A DNA stretch of 56,371 nt, filler included, from Dirinaria sp. TL-2023a (GCA_051941275.1; 4 parts of 4 records of this genome joined end to end with filler, not necessarily neighbours in it); one strand, 5' to 3'. Counted from the first letter of the whole stretch, positions 13,938-27,225 are shown. The notes: generated from the letters alone by a model not told the origin. A program made the numbers and translations.

Positions 13938-14039
13938 ATGGCCTCTCCCAAGACCAACAACCAGTACATCTTCTCCCGCAGCTACACTGACTCCGCACGG
14001 CTCATCCTGCAACACTGGATCTGGATGCACCGCACCCGC
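13938..14039 (+). CDS. 5' fragment of a probable fungal SAM-dependent methyltransferase, truncated by contig end
   Basis: MASPKTNNQYIFSRSYTDSARLILQHWIW fits the Y..R....S.RL.LQH..W N-terminal motif of fungal class I methyltransferases. The frame runs into the Ns. Confidence 0.55.
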
Positions 14040-14139
14040 NNNNNNNNNNNNNNNNNNNNNNNNNNNNNNNNNNNNNNNNNNNNTTAATTAATTAANNNNN
14101 NNNNNNNNNNNNNNNNNNNNNNNNNNNNNNNNNNNNNNN
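14040..14139. other. Artificial contig linker (N44-TTAATTAATTAA-N44)
   Basis: 100-nt spacer with a six-frame stop core at 14084-14095; identical to the other two linkers. Confidence 0.98.
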
Positions 14140-14581
14140 AACTCCCAGTCAAGCTTCAAGGATGTCGAAAACATACAAGCGCCGATAGGGTAAGCTTGCG
14201 ACCACGTCACGATGGCAAGCTCGTCAATCTCCATTTTCGGCTCATGGTCCTCTTCTCTGCTATCTTCAAATGTTATCGACAATCTGGTCAAAGCTTGTCT
14301 TGCTGTTTCTTTCTCTCGAAACCCTGACTGACGGAAGGTTTATCGTTGCTTTGTCTTCAGCCGACAGTGACCGACGCCGAGCTATTGAAAAGGGGACGAG
14401 GTCAATTATTGGACTCGTGCATGGCATAACCCTCAGCATAAAATCCTCCCTTGATTGATCGGGCAAGCCACAGCATTCACAGGCACATTCTACTTATCTT
14501 GCATTAACCCGCCTGCTCTGCTACACCCTCCTACCGAGAGCTTTTCCAGCTCCTCCCCCATGACGCTGAGCTACCTTCACG

Positions 14582-17260
14582 ATGCCCGTCTTCCATGATC
14601 CTGACCTACGCTTGGCCAGCGACAAGGAGGAGAAGAGGGCTTCGGAAGAAGCTGCCTCTCCCCTTGCCACCATGAGAAGGCCTTCAGAAGAGAGCATCCG
14701 AACAGAGTTCTGCGACGGGCCGGAGCCGGAGGTGCCTCGGTGGATTACCGCTCTTGAAAATCAAGCCACGGCCATCGATGGCAAGGAGCAAGCAGCATCT
14801 ACAAGCGACCGAGCGGAGTTGATCAAGAGGATCAAGAGCGGCGAGAGCCCGACTTGGGTGCCGAGCGAAGCAGTACGTACCGTCTCTGCAGCATCGCTTA
14901 AAGACTTTGCTCCCCTGATCGTTCAATCGTATATTTAAAAAGCTTTCGCTGGCTGCGAAATACATCAACCTTCCTGGTTTCGCTTGGGAGCCTGTTTCTG
15001 CTGCTGAAGAGCTGGGTCTTTGTCTCCCTTACACAACCCTCTGCATCACATTATATACCTTATGCTACTCAGGTCCTTAGCGTCTTCTATAAAGTCTAAA
15101 GCAAACTGACAATCCTATCTATCTTAGCTCAAGCAGGAGATCGCCACGTTTGAACCGAAGAAAGACCTTTCTCCCCAGCTCGCTTCTGCAGACAACCAGG
15201 GATCTGCAAACCTTCTACCTCCGGCAGAAATCTCAGGATATGTGGGGAAGGCAAAAAGTCTTTCCCAAGTGATACCAGATTCTCCCAACGATATTCAACG
15301 GCCGAGATCTGCTCTACACTCAGGAGACTTTACAGAAGGCACTCGAAAAACGGGAAGACAGCGTGCGAGCCCCTCGCAGTTCCCCTCACCTACTTCACAA
15401 GCGTCGAATCCGGCACAGTCTCCAAGCGTACCATGGCATGTTCCTTCGTTACCGTGGCAGCGCCGAGACATTGGGACTGGATTCCAGCATAGCGAGAGGT
15501 ACCCGGAGTGGGCTGACAGAAGACCATTAAGGAGCCGTGCGCCATCGTTACAGTCGTACTCATCAAGTTATGTACTCAAGCCTCCCACAACCCCACTGGT
15601 CCAACAGTCAAACAACGAAGACCTCGACTTCTCCGACATATCTCCAGTAAACCTCTCGGAAAGTCCTAGCAAGAGCAACCGACGCCACACCCTGCCTCCC
15701 AATGCGCTACCCGCGAATGCAGGCAAACTACCACCAGCCACACGGAGAATCGCTAGCTCGCCATACCAAGGCCACCGTCCCAGAAGATCGCTCACGTCGA
15801 CTTGGTCCCTGCAATCCACCAGTTCGCCTGTGTCACCTAGGAGCTTACGCTCTCGGAAGCCGTCTTTCTCTTCCGATACTGGATCAATACAGCATGCTTC
15901 GATGGTTGGGTCCTATGAGGAATCAATCCTACGTGGATGGATGTCCACGCCTCCCTCCAAACCTCTGGATTTTACGGCACAAATTGGTGTTTTGGGCAAA
16001 GGAAACTGCAAACCGAAATGCCCGGCCCACGTTACTGTGCCTTTCCCCGCAGTCTTCTACAGCTACGGCGGTGGCGGGAGCGGGAACCACGGTATTCTAG
16101 CTGAGCCTAGCCCCTACGTCGGGCATATCGACCTTCAAAACCTCCTACCACATACAGGGCCGGAAGGTAGCGTACATAAACGTCTTCGCTCTACTCACAT
16201 GAGCAACGACGATGATGATCATGTGAGTAGTAGCCAAGAGAAAGATCATGACGATGATGTTCTCCAAGCAAGAAAACGTAAGAAGCGAAGAACAATGTCT
16301 CTCGCTCGAGATCTGCCACCTGGTGGAAGTTACCGAATACCGCAGCAAGGCCAACTTCAGATCATAATTAAAAACCCAAACAAGACGGCCGTGAAGCTTT
16401 TTTTAGTTCCTTATGACTTAAGTGGGATGGAAGCTGGTACCAAGACCTTCATTCGCCAGCGCTGCTATTCTGCTGGAGCTTCCATCGACAATGCTCTTAG
16501 CTCGAACAGTGAACGTCCCAAGAGGATTTCCATAGGGCTCGAGCCAAGTAAGAAACCAACCCTCCGCTACCTCATCCACGTCAATATCTGCTGTCCTTCT
16601 AAAGGGCGATTCTATTTGTACCAACACATCCGCGTTGTGTTCGCCAATCGCGTTCCGGATAGTAAAGAGCAGTTACAAAATGAAATACAGCTGCCACAAC
16701 CTCGGTATAGCCCTTACAGAGCCAATCGCGAACCACTGACACCCAGCTCTAATATTGGTGTTAAACTTGCAGCAGAGAAGACCTTTCGCAGGCGCAGCTC
16801 AGGCTTTGGCTACGATTCTGAGACTTTGGACATGCGTTTCACGCGATCAGTTGATGACGGTTTGCAGTACCCACGTCCGGCTCGATCACCTCCCCCACCA
16901 GTTCCAGCCATACCTTTTGACTTTGCATTGTCACCCGTTAGATCGAGCAAGGAACCCGGACTTGGCTATGACGGAGCGCTGGAAGCCGACGACTCAAAGA
17001 CTGTTACTACCACCACATCAGACGTACCGTCTACATCGGCAAGTAACCTCTTTCACTTAAATCGGACATTTTCGAGTTCAACCAAAAGCAGTTCGAGCAA
17101 TAGCAGTGATGGCTACACCAAACTGAGCAAAGGCGACAATGGCTATGGTGGGTTGTTCGGTAGACCAAGCACACCAGAGCCAGGAGAAGGTCTGTTGGCC
17201 AGGAGATTACGGGGGCTGGGCTTGCGAAGAGAGGGCAGACCGGATGAAGAAAGCATCTGA
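14582..17260 (+). CDS. Atos/FAM214-like protein (DUF4210 + C-terminal Chromosome_seg domain)
   Basis: Exons 14582-14872 and 15128-17260 (GTACGT..ACTGAC..TAG, phase 0). Motifs VGSYEESILRGxMS, PSPYVGHIDL, YRIPQQGQLQIIIKNPNKTAVKLFLVPYDL, KTFIRQR, LRYLIH and IRVVFANR. Confidence 0.85.
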
Positions 17261-19327
17261 AGCTCATCTGAGGGAATTCCTTGCATAGAATGGCGCTGTT
17301 GCGTACTCATCTGGGCAGAGAAGGATTGGTGTAAGGCCAGATCTCAGTGATTACGAGCATTTATGATGGGAGCTTCGGAATAAAATATGGGTTAGGCGTA
17401 CGCCGTGGTCGGCACTAAACGTCCATCTCACCACAATTCATGTTAATGTCGTGGTACCCAAATTCAAGTGCATTGCATCCAACTACAGTGAGCATCTTCG
17501 AGGCGTGGATCTCTCGCTACTATCTTAGATGTACCATGCTTTGCTGATCACACTATTTTTGCCTTGCAATCTTGATCCAAATCCAATTTGACAGGCTCCA
17601 GATGTTCCTTAACTTGCAATAATCCGACTCTCAAAGATTCAACTACAGATACAATACAGGGTTGTTGCTTTTCTTTTTTTTTTTTTCTTTCTTTTTTTTT
17701 TGTTGACAAATATCTCCAACTCAGCCGTTGCAGCTGAGGAACTTCGGAAAGATTTTACATTTCTGATTCTGAAAAATATCCGATTAGAATCCCCTACAAC
17801 TCGTCTGTCGAGAGACGCAATCCACGAGAGATTTACTGGGAAAAGCCTGTCGCCCGCGAAATTCCTGCCGAATCGGAACTGTAATGAAATTGCACTCAGC
17901 CCAAGTGATCCCAAATCCAAATTCCCGAATTCAAAATCCCGAAGCGTCGAGATTTGAAGATGCCAAAACAAGAGGATTATTGACAGGAGACTTTCAAGGT
18001 ACAAGATGAGCTACTCTACCCCTTTCCCAATCCGTACTTTGTAACTCTTTCAAAAGCCCTGTTCGATGCATATTATAATATCTGAAATATCTTCTTGTTA
18101 CTTATCCCCCTCATTATGGGTACTCGAACGTCACTTGGTCTGATAAAATGTCGAGAATCAGAATGATATTTCTTCGCGGGATCGGTGCAGAAGCGTTAAA
18201 ATGCTTTGTGAATTGATTCGTCTTGATAGACATGCATTGGATGAAGAATACGCTAATTCAGTCACAGTCCGAAATGGTCAAGTAAGTGACTCCACTTCAA
18301 TTTGATTCGAAGTTTCCGGTTGCATGTGCAACACAGGTACCGTAGGGCCATTCATTACCTAGTCATCAACCCAATTGGAAGCTACAGTAAGTATACCTAC
18401 CCTTCCTCGACCTGCCAGTCAACCAGAAATACAAAGTCGAGCAGCTTCTTCAAGCATCAAGAGTACCGTAGGCATGGTCTATACGAGCAGAGTGCGAGGG
18501 GAAAAAAATCGGAGGAGATATCCTTTCTGCTGAAGATCCCAGGTAATTTTCCTACGCCCTGCCTTGGCAGCGACCCAAAAAAAAAAACGAACCGTTCCCC
18601 TTTGAGGCTTACATGATCAAGACCTTCGCTGGAGGGAGCCGGCGGAGTCCTCTCAGTGGAGAATTCTCATGAGCACGCTTCTCACTTTCTCCTTCACTTT
18701 ATAATGATGCCAGTGAGGCTCGTCGTGTGAACCTGTCTTGCTCGTGGTTTTTGGGCGAAAGCGAATACCGTTGATGGGGTAGTTGGAGAGGAATGCACCT
18801 GATATCTGGACTCTAGTTGCTACGATGCCGGCGTATCAGGGTTATGTGAAGCTTTGGGTTTTTAACCAAGTCAATCTAAATTCAGTCTCGTTGGAAGGCG
18901 ATCCGGCTAGGTTGTTTGCTTTCCGTGGAGCGGTAGAAGATACGCAGAAGAGCGTTATATCGTAACAGCGAGATATGCAAAAGATTTCTGGTCGTGTGAG
19001 GTATTATCAAAGTTATTGGATGGTATTATTGTACAGAGCATCGGAAGTGTAATACGTGACTACAAATAGCCACACTAAAAGAAGAGTCAGAATGAGGTAA
19101 TTTTGCATAGGCAGCTTGCAAAGTCAAAAAAAAAATCAAATTGCTTGAGCCAGAGGAGATTCGTAGTAGTTTATAATTGATTGAAGACTTAGAGGTTCAA
19201 AAATCCGATGCTGTGAAATCCTGTATGGAACTTCTTTGAAATTTTTGAGTGGGGAATTCGCATAGAGTACGACCACAAAACCCCTGAGGCTCGGGTTCCT
19301 ACTAAGCTACTGCTGGCAATGTTGCTC

Positions 19328-20336
19328 CTATTTCCTCGGGTACTTGTTCTTGAAAAGCCATCTGCGACATGAATGTCAGCACTGACACCACTGATACGCC
19401 TTCGTTGAGAATACTTACTGGCTCAAGTAGTAGTCGCCTACAGCCAAAACACCCACCGCACCTGCCGTGATCCCAACGATGCCCCAATCGAGCTCCCCTT
19501 TGACGTGTTTGTTGTACGCACCTACTCCCAGCGCCACTCCGCCAATGGTCCATGCAATCGCGTTGCCCAACACGACCGGGTTATCTCTGTTGGAACTCAA
19601 GTCGTCACGCGCTTCATTCGCGTTGATTCTCAACTCTTCCTTGATCTCGTTCGCCTCCTTCTTTCCCTCCCTATAATATTCACTGGCCACCTTCTTCGCT
19701 TTGTCATACGTCTCGCTACTCTCTTGCTTGCCTTTTTCTAAGTGCTTGCCGGCTGCCTTGGAAAGCTCATCTGCTTTATCAGAACCTTTCTTGGCATATT
19801 CGGAGCTTTTTTGAGAGGCTTCTTGGGAAGCCTTGCGGGCCTGATCTTCAGCTTCGTGCGCCATCCTCTCAGCTTGAGCTGTTGTTTGTTGGACCTGTTG
19901 CTTGAAATCGGAGTGGACTTCAGAGATGTGTGGGGTGTCGACGTCGATCAGATTAGAGGCTGGGCCTTCGGTGTTCTCAATTTGTGGAGGTTGGGGGGCG
20001 CGGCTAAACGTACGCAATTAATGAGAGAATAGTGCGGCGATACTATGATGGATTGGATGCAAGGGAAACGCCGCCAGAAATGAGATGGGGAAGAGGTAAC
20101 AACAACATGCAGCAGAAAACATGAGCTATATTAAAAGGACCCGCACTTGACTGGGAGCTCGTGATATGCGATGAGAAGGGCAGCTGCGCGGAAAGATCAC
20201 GAGGATGAGAGGTACTCACGCCTAGAACAGGTTAGTGCGAATCTTGAGCGCTGCTGAATTCTATGTCTGCAAGGCCGAGACTCACTTCTTCAGGAGATTG
20301 CTTTGGGCCTTTGGCAGCGGCTTGAGCGTATGACAT
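19328..20336 (-). CDS. Mitochondrial outer membrane OM14-like protein
   Basis: Exons 20336-20286 (MSYAQAAAKGPKQSPEE), 20221-20220 (2-nt GC), 20003-19419 and 19361-19328 (..YYLSQWLFKNKYPRK*). A charged helical region is followed by two C-terminal hydrophobic helices (NPVVLGNAIAW.., WGIVGITAGAVG..). Confidence 0.8.
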
Positions 20337-21174
20337 GCTTTTGTCTACGGGCTTTTAAGGTAGTATCTTCTCTCGACTATCCTGGCAGGCCATCAGCAGT
20401 CATACAATCGGATCAGCGGAATCGCGGACTTACAGCTAAGCCACGGGAGACGGATAAGCATCAAAGGTACAGTACAAAGTAATGCTAGTTGTGTGGCTTA
20501 CATCCAATAATAAAGATCAGGTACTGCTCGCTGGAGGTGATTAACGTATCCTGCCAAAGTACAACTGGAGCAGGGAAAGCTCTGGGCTTGGCATGTCTCA
20601 CATGCAAGAGAATTACAGACGCTACGTCACAGGGCTAATCACCCGACAAAGTACCTAAGGTACATTACTTACAGACAAGTACCTAGGTATCTTCTCCTTA
20701 CCTTACACCGCAATTCATCGACGAAGTCATTAATATTAAGGGAGGTTGAAAGGACTCCCTTTGAGTCGATATGCTCTGACCTTATTTTTGGTCACTAACT
20801 TTGAAGAGTCGCAGTAAATTGCTGATCTGGAAAGAAACCACTTGGGCAGGCACCACTGGCTGCATGGACGAAGCCGCTTATCGCACGCATAGAGTCACTT
20901 GATAAGTATTTTTCTATTAAAGTATACAATTTGATCAGTGCAGCAACTTTGTACTCCCGGCCCCATGCCCACGGCCCAGCACGCCTATTTTCCCTGTGGT
21001 CCGAGCACCAACTCCGTGTGAGATACTCGATGCGCGACCGAAAGACGCCTCGCTGCAAAATGCTTTATTGTAATGTGCACTGTTTACAGTACGATCTGGG
21101 AACTCGACGTGTCTGCTATATGGGATCGATCGAAGTCTCGCCCGGCTTTTAAGTTGTTGCTAGCTGGGTAGGTT

Positions 21175-21570
21175 TCAACGGTACCATTCTCCCGGGCCTC
21201 CATTGAGTTTTCCTTTGATACTTTCAGCTGCTCTGTAGTTAATGCTTCCGTTTAATGGACGCCGAAGCTCAATCTGCATCAGGCCCTCTGTCTTTCTCTT
21301 GCTTTCTCTAGCCTCTTCACTTCGCTGGCTGGCATTATTATACGCCACTAACTGCGCACAAATCATAAAGATGGTGTAGGTCCAGCAGAGATTCTTGGAG
21401 GACTGTACATCAACGTGTTGATGCACAGCGGCCGGTCCGAACGTGGAGTATGCAGGCGGTTGAATGGGGCTCGCAGCCACGACGGGAGGTAGGATGCGCG
21501 ATAGAATAGTGTTGACACTATGGATAAAAATGACAGGGTTGAGGAATATGGCAGGGATGATGTAGGACAT
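21175..21570 (-). CDS. Small hypothetical membrane protein
   Basis: ORF MSYIIPAIFLNPVIFIHSVNT..CWTYTIFMICAQLVAY with two hydrophobic segments; divergent from BOS1. Confidence 0.55.
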   Translation of the reverse strand: MSYIIPAIFLNPVIFIHSVNTILSRILPPVVAASPIQPPAYSTFGPAAVHQHVDVQSSKNLCWTYTIFMICAQLVAYNNASQRSEEARESKRKTEGLMQIELRRPLNGSINYRAAESIKGKLNGGPGEWYR

Positions 21571-22428
21571 TGGTATCGACGGATGCATTGTGAGGACTGT
21601 AGCGGGATTGATGAAAATTTCACAGACACAAGCTGCGACTGCCTGGCTTGATCAGGAGCCTAGGTCCTCAAAGTTGTTCACCTGTCTAAGGTGAGCAAGC
21701 CGTACAGCTTAAAGTAGAGTTCAGCGAGCGCTTACGAGGAGTCGAACGTCTGCTCATGAGCAGCATACTAGTCCTTTGGCTTCCCGAACACTTTCTGCCC
21801 CTTCCATGCAAGAACTAGGTAGCATGTGAAGTCGAAGCAATACCAAAGAATGAACCCTTTATCTCTCCCCAACAATAAGTGCAGCGTTTTGGAGTCAGCT
21901 GAGTGAGAGTGAGGGTTCAAGTCACAGCTTGATGAAGGAATGTGGCAAGATTCATAGTCATGGGCAAGGACAAGCACAAAGAGGATGCTAAAACAAAGAT
22001 GAAGGGTGTTATCTGAGAACTGGAGAGATCTTGCTTGATTCGGCGCAAAAGAAAGACGGTTTAAGCTTTTCTGGGGAAGCCTGCAGGCTGCATTTTCGGG
22101 AAATCCGAACACGATTGAGGGATTCAAGTATGATATTATGACTGAATGGAAGACTAAGGTACATTTACATTTACATTATTACAGTCCAGGAATCCGATAG
22201 CAGGGTAAAATCCTTTCAGATAGGTCTCTAAGAGTACAGTAGTCTTCCCAGTCCATCGATTTTTCTCGTGTGTTAGTCACTTCGCCGACTTCGGTCTCCG
22301 AGTGAGTTTCAAATAAAGAGTCCGTGCCCCGTGGATGGTTGTGCCTGTGGAAGGATTTGGGATGCGCAACAAAAAGAGCCTCTGCCTCGAGCATGCAGGG
22401 TCTTGCCAATGTTGACGCCATCGCTTAC

Positions 22429-22705
22429 AGGTAAGGTAGGTACTGTATGTTCCTAAGGTAGGAAGTGAGGAAGGTACCTTACATAGGTAGTAAGGTAAGG
22501 TACTTAAGATCTTACCTTAGAACGGCAGTACATATCTATCGTAAGGTGCCAGCCCTTCCCGCTGCCTTAGGTACCTTACGTACTCCGACTCCCTACCTAA
22601 GGTACCTAAGTAAGGTACTCTGTAGGTAAGCTGCTAAGGTAAATACTACCGAGGCTTCGAGGTTACTCTAACCTATTTTAGCCACCGTACCTGTACCGTA
22701 AGGTA
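22429..22705. promoter_or_regulatory. Dense AGGTA/TACCT pentamer array upstream of BOS1
   Basis: Many AGGTA(AGGTA)/TACCT(TA) units in both orientations, ending ~105 bp before the BOS1 ATG. Similar arrays precede other genes. A regulatory role is inferred. Confidence 0.5.
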
Positions 22706-22811
22706 GTCCGTAGGGGAACATCTTTTAGGGTTCGCAAGAGGCTGAAGGACGACTGCATTTATTTTGTCAGTTGAAAGACTTCTTACGCCAAATGCCCTGG
22801 AAACTGCAAGA

Positions 22812-23801
22812 ATGGTACACACATCCCATAAACAACGCCGGCATTTTGATAGGCGGCTTGCTGAGGCTTACAGAATTCCCTCTTCAACTCCGCCCTCAAG
22901 CAATCCTCTTCTGTCCGGCGAGATCTCGATACCTTCGCCGAAACTCCTGCGACCTCGTCGCCGGCTCTACAAGGTCAGCACCGACTTAGCATAGTCCTCG
23001 AATAATAGTGGTTGTCGGACACCTGAAACAAGACCCAGGCCAAATATCCGCTTCCCTCACATCCTTCTCACGAACCATAGACGACTATGCCGAAACCGCA
23101 AAGAAAGAGCTTATACAAACCAAGCAAGAAAAGGCTCAGGAAAGGATCAAGAATTTCAAGGCTGAGCTGCACGACTATCGGCAAACATTCGAGCGATTGA
23201 AGCGAGATAGAGACGCAAGTGTAAGTTTTCCCGGATCCGACTCGCCCGGCACTGTCCATTTTCAAAGCGCTTTCGAGCCCCCCAACCATCAACGCCAAAC
23301 GTGAAGCGCTGAAATATTCTTCAGGCCCAGCAGACGACCTTCAGCCCAGCCTCGACCCTTCCCCGCCGTCCCCATCACACATCATCAACGCCGGAAAACC
23401 CCTATACCTCAGCACCAGCCATGCCTTCCAACTCGCCGCTCTTCTCCGGCCCGCAGCCGACCTACCGGAATGGTCCCGGGCAGCTCTCGTTCGGTGCTTC
23501 GCCTTCCGACTACACGCGTGAGGACGCCGCCTTGCATGAGCAATCCTTCCTGTCACAGACAAACACACAGCTGGATGAGTATCTGGAGCGCGGACGAGCC
23601 GTCCTGGGGGACCTGGGTGCCCAGAGAGAAATGCTCAAGGGGACGCAGAAGAAGCTGTACAGTGTCGCGAACACGTTGGGCGTCAGTGGCGACACAATCC
23701 GCATGGTGGAGAGGAGGGCGAAGCAGGATAAGTGGATCTTTTGGGGAGGCGTGGCCGGGTTTGGGGGGTTTTGTTGGCTGGTGATTCATTTTCTCCGGTG
23801 A
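22812..23801 (+). CDS. BOS1: ER-Golgi Qb-SNARE Bos1
   Basis: Exons 22812-22814 (ATG only), 22874-22973, 23039-23220 and 23325-23801. Gives M-NSLFNSALKQSSSVRRDL..GQISASLTSFSRTIDDY, SNARE region QREMLKGTQKKLYSVANTLGVSGDTIRMVERRAKQDKWIFW, and a C-terminal anchor. Confidence 0.93.
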
Positions 23802-24394
23802 CCGAGCTAGGACTGAGGTGTAGTGACTCTGGACCCCGGCGGTTGGGGAATCAATGTCGCGCCTCGCGCTTGATGGCCATGCATCACTGTACTCGTAATA
23901 TCAATTTTTCAACAGCTTGCAGCTCGGCGTTAGGGCGTCGCTGAATGCAGGCAATAACCCCTTGGATGCTCCAAATCCTGGACGTACCGCACTGTCATCT
24001 CGAGCTGGCCTATAGCCATAAGTTGCCGAGTCAGTCAAAGGGGTCTGATGGCGAAGTTTTGGAAGGTTCGGCCGGGGGACTTACGAGAATAGCTACTTAG
24101 CTACACTCCCACGACATCAATAAACGGATCAGAGCAAGCAATTATTACATTCATCCGTCTCTTGACTCTTGGGACACTATCTACACTTTGCGTTGCTCCG
24201 CAGAGGAGCATTATGGAGCAAGTTTCCGAAACTTTGAATCAGCAGGCTTCTTTTTCCTTTTTTGACCAAACTCCATATCCACTCCAACGCCACAATTTCT
24301 ATGCATAATGCCACGCTAATCGAGTTTTCCCTCCGCCATTAATCCTATGGTCGTCACCGTCTCCAAGAACTTGTGCCCAAGTCTAAATTATGAC

Positions 24395-27225
24395 TCACTT
24401 CCTATCAGGTCTCGGCTTGCTCAATCGAGCTCTCTTTTTCTTGTCTTTGCTGTCCTCCCCCTGTCCACTACGTATGCTGCTAGGCGCCGGACTAACATCT
24501 CTCATGTTTGAACCCATTGGCCTCGGGCTTGCACCTCTCACTAAAGGCTCACGCTGCTGAATTCTCTGCTCAAGCTCAATACCTGCCTCGTCACCTGTGG
24601 TCGTACGCATCAGCGGCATTCGACCCAGCGGGCTACGATTAGATCGGATTTCCGGTTGTGCGAAAGGTGATGTGGAGCGGCCTCGGCGCTCATTATGGGG
24701 TGCAAGCGTCGCTTGAGTAGGTGGGGACAGGTCGTGGTACCCATCTTGTGGGAGTTCGGCGCTGAGACCTGATGGATGAGTTGGCAGGAAAGATGGTGAG
24801 CGCGAGGCCGTACTGAGACGATCAGCGCGCAGGTAATCCTGTCCTTGGCTGTGACTATGATAATCAGTACCCAGAGACTCGACGGATTCCGTCCAATCGC
24901 CCTTGTGATCGCCATCGTCACTCATCTCGTAGACATGACCGCCCTGGTGATGCGGCTCAGCATAGGAAATACCAGATTCGCGCTGAGCTTGCTGCGCAAA
25001 GAAGTATTTACGTCGATCCTCGTCGCCCATGATCGATTCGACGCGCCGAGGCATATAGACAGAGTTACCCGCTGATGCACTCGTGATAAATGAGTCGAAA
25101 GAGTCGCGGGGATGAAGCGGAATGCGAGGCGCGTTGGGGTCTCGAGGTAGCATATTCGGTAGCGTAAGGCCAGAATCGTTGTTTTGCATATACCACCCAC
25201 CCGGTAGACGCTCGGCAGGGGCGAACCGGCCTTCAAGACGATCTGCCGGTTGAAGCGGAACTCCGAGTGGCTTGTCCGGGTGACGCTCTTGTACGGCGGG
25301 CTTGAATGTTTCTGGCACGACATTGAGGTCATCACCAGTGGCTTCGGCTTGCTCAATGGCTTGTTGTGGTGTGGTACCAGCATCCGCTTTGCCAGCGTCT
25401 GCCCGAGGACCTCCCCAGGTACGTTGGCCGGCAGTGAAGATGCCATAAACCATGTAGACCCAATTGAAGAAGGGGTTTATGATAAACATAACTGGATAGA
25501 GCCAGATCTTGAAGCGGCGGAGCTTAGCACCAAAGTACAACATGAGAAGCCAATTGAGTCCAAGAGAGACGGCAATAAAACCGACCGGCAGGTTTTTGAT
25601 CTTATTCGAAGTCGTAATGATCGAGAGAACCATGATAAAGAACAGCAAGGCCGTGGTTCGAATAGTGTTCTGCATGAACCGAACAATGCAGAGTAGTGGA
25701 TATCGCTTCCAAAGCCGGACATCAGTCAGCATGCAAACCTCATTGGTTATGAAACCGAGAAACCATCGTCGTCGTTGCTTCAGTAAACTTCGATACGTTT
25801 GGACGGCTTCAGTTTTGCAGAACGCGCCAGTGCAGAGCTGTATTTGATATCGCTCCTTTGCGCCGATCATAAACAAGTGCGTAAGCCAACGGTCTTCCCC
25901 GAGATGGCATTTGCCATAGTCGAAGAGATCGTCACATTGCTCTGCTTTATCCGCGAAGTAGTATTTAGCCATTTTACGAAAGGCCGAGAATCGAAGCATG
26001 GTAAGTGCTCCAGGGAGACAGGTCACAGCGCCACACCCAGACTCGACCGAGCGTTCGAAGAGTTGCCCGTGGATGTACTCCATATCCTGAAGGAGGGTGA
26101 TCAAAGAGTTCTTTTCAGTTGTTGAGGTAATTATTCCAGTCATAGCCAGCATGTTTTGCTTACTTCCCGGCTTGAGCTCCTATGAACATCTAATCAGCGG
26201 CCATACCATGGGGCAAAATGAGCCTCAAAAGAGTGCCTGAAATCAAGTCTGTTTTTGGTATAATATGACTTACCATCTCGTACATAAAGTTCTGGATGCA
26301 CACTTTATCCAGGATGCAGTCAGAATCGATAAACAGTATAAAGAGGTTATCGTTGCGCTTCAGGTACTCCGTGTAGATCTTATCAATGAGCCTGAAGGTC
26401 GACTTCTGGCAATGCCGCTTTCCTCCATGAGGAAATCTCGACACGGTAATCCTTGCATCCTTATATGTCACATCGATACTCTTCGGATAACTCTCTAAGG
26501 TCAGCGGAACACCCAGCATCTCGATCGTCTTGAGATAGAGCTCGTCCTCTTGGTCGCCATCAAAGGAAAGAAAGACGTGGATGCACGAGGGAGGATAATC
26601 GCAATCAACTACAGAATTGATGGCGGTCACCAAGACTTCCGGCTCTTCCTTGTAAACCGGCATAACGATCACCGTTTTCGGCGCCGATGTCTCATCCAAG
26701 GCATGCTTTATCCTCTTCGTACGTCCTAGCGAGTTTGTGACAAGCTGGTAGATACAGAATAGCCACGGGATAGTGAGTAGACCGGCGAACGACCAGAAAG
26801 CGAACCATTGCATGAAGGAAACCATTCCATGGGGGTAATACTGTGTGACTCGCGCAGGAAGAGGAAGCGTGACGATCATGATAGGCAGGAAAATCAACCT
26901 GTTCCCGGACGTAAGCTCTTATCCTACTTCCAAATTGCACCCTTGCTAACCTCAAAGCGGAGAAGCCGATCATCATAACAACGGCCAGTAACCTGATGCT
27001 CCAATGCTCCGCTTTCTTGAAGACCTTAATCAAGCAGTAAAGGAATGCTGCCAGCCACAAGAACCATTCCAAGAAGGCTGCCATCATGACTGTTCCCATG
27101 ATAGACACATAAACGATCTATGTCTCCAATCAGCACTCGATTCCCCGCATCGTGCCAGTGTCCCGTCTTACATCTTGATCCGGCCATTTGGCGGTGATCG
27201 GCGGTATACCGTTATCGTTCGCCAT
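24395..27225 (-). CDS. chsD: Chitin synthase, ChsD type (division 3; class VI or VII depending on scheme)
   Basis: Exons 27225-27172, 27117-26951, 26898-26274 and 26179-24395. N-terminal TM helices and no myosin motor; motifs GGKR, FIDSD, LQDMEY, CLPGA, LGEDRWL and QRRRW. Confidence 0.9.

Noticed and set aside
14084..14095. TTAATTAATTAA palindrome, repeated three times in the window
   Set aside because: It is the centre of an artificial N-linker (six-frame stop), not biological.
25250..26125. Antisense ORFs over chsD (likewise over TAF1, COG4 and the WD40 gene)
   Set aside because: Shadow ORFs of well-supported genes with no independent protein features.
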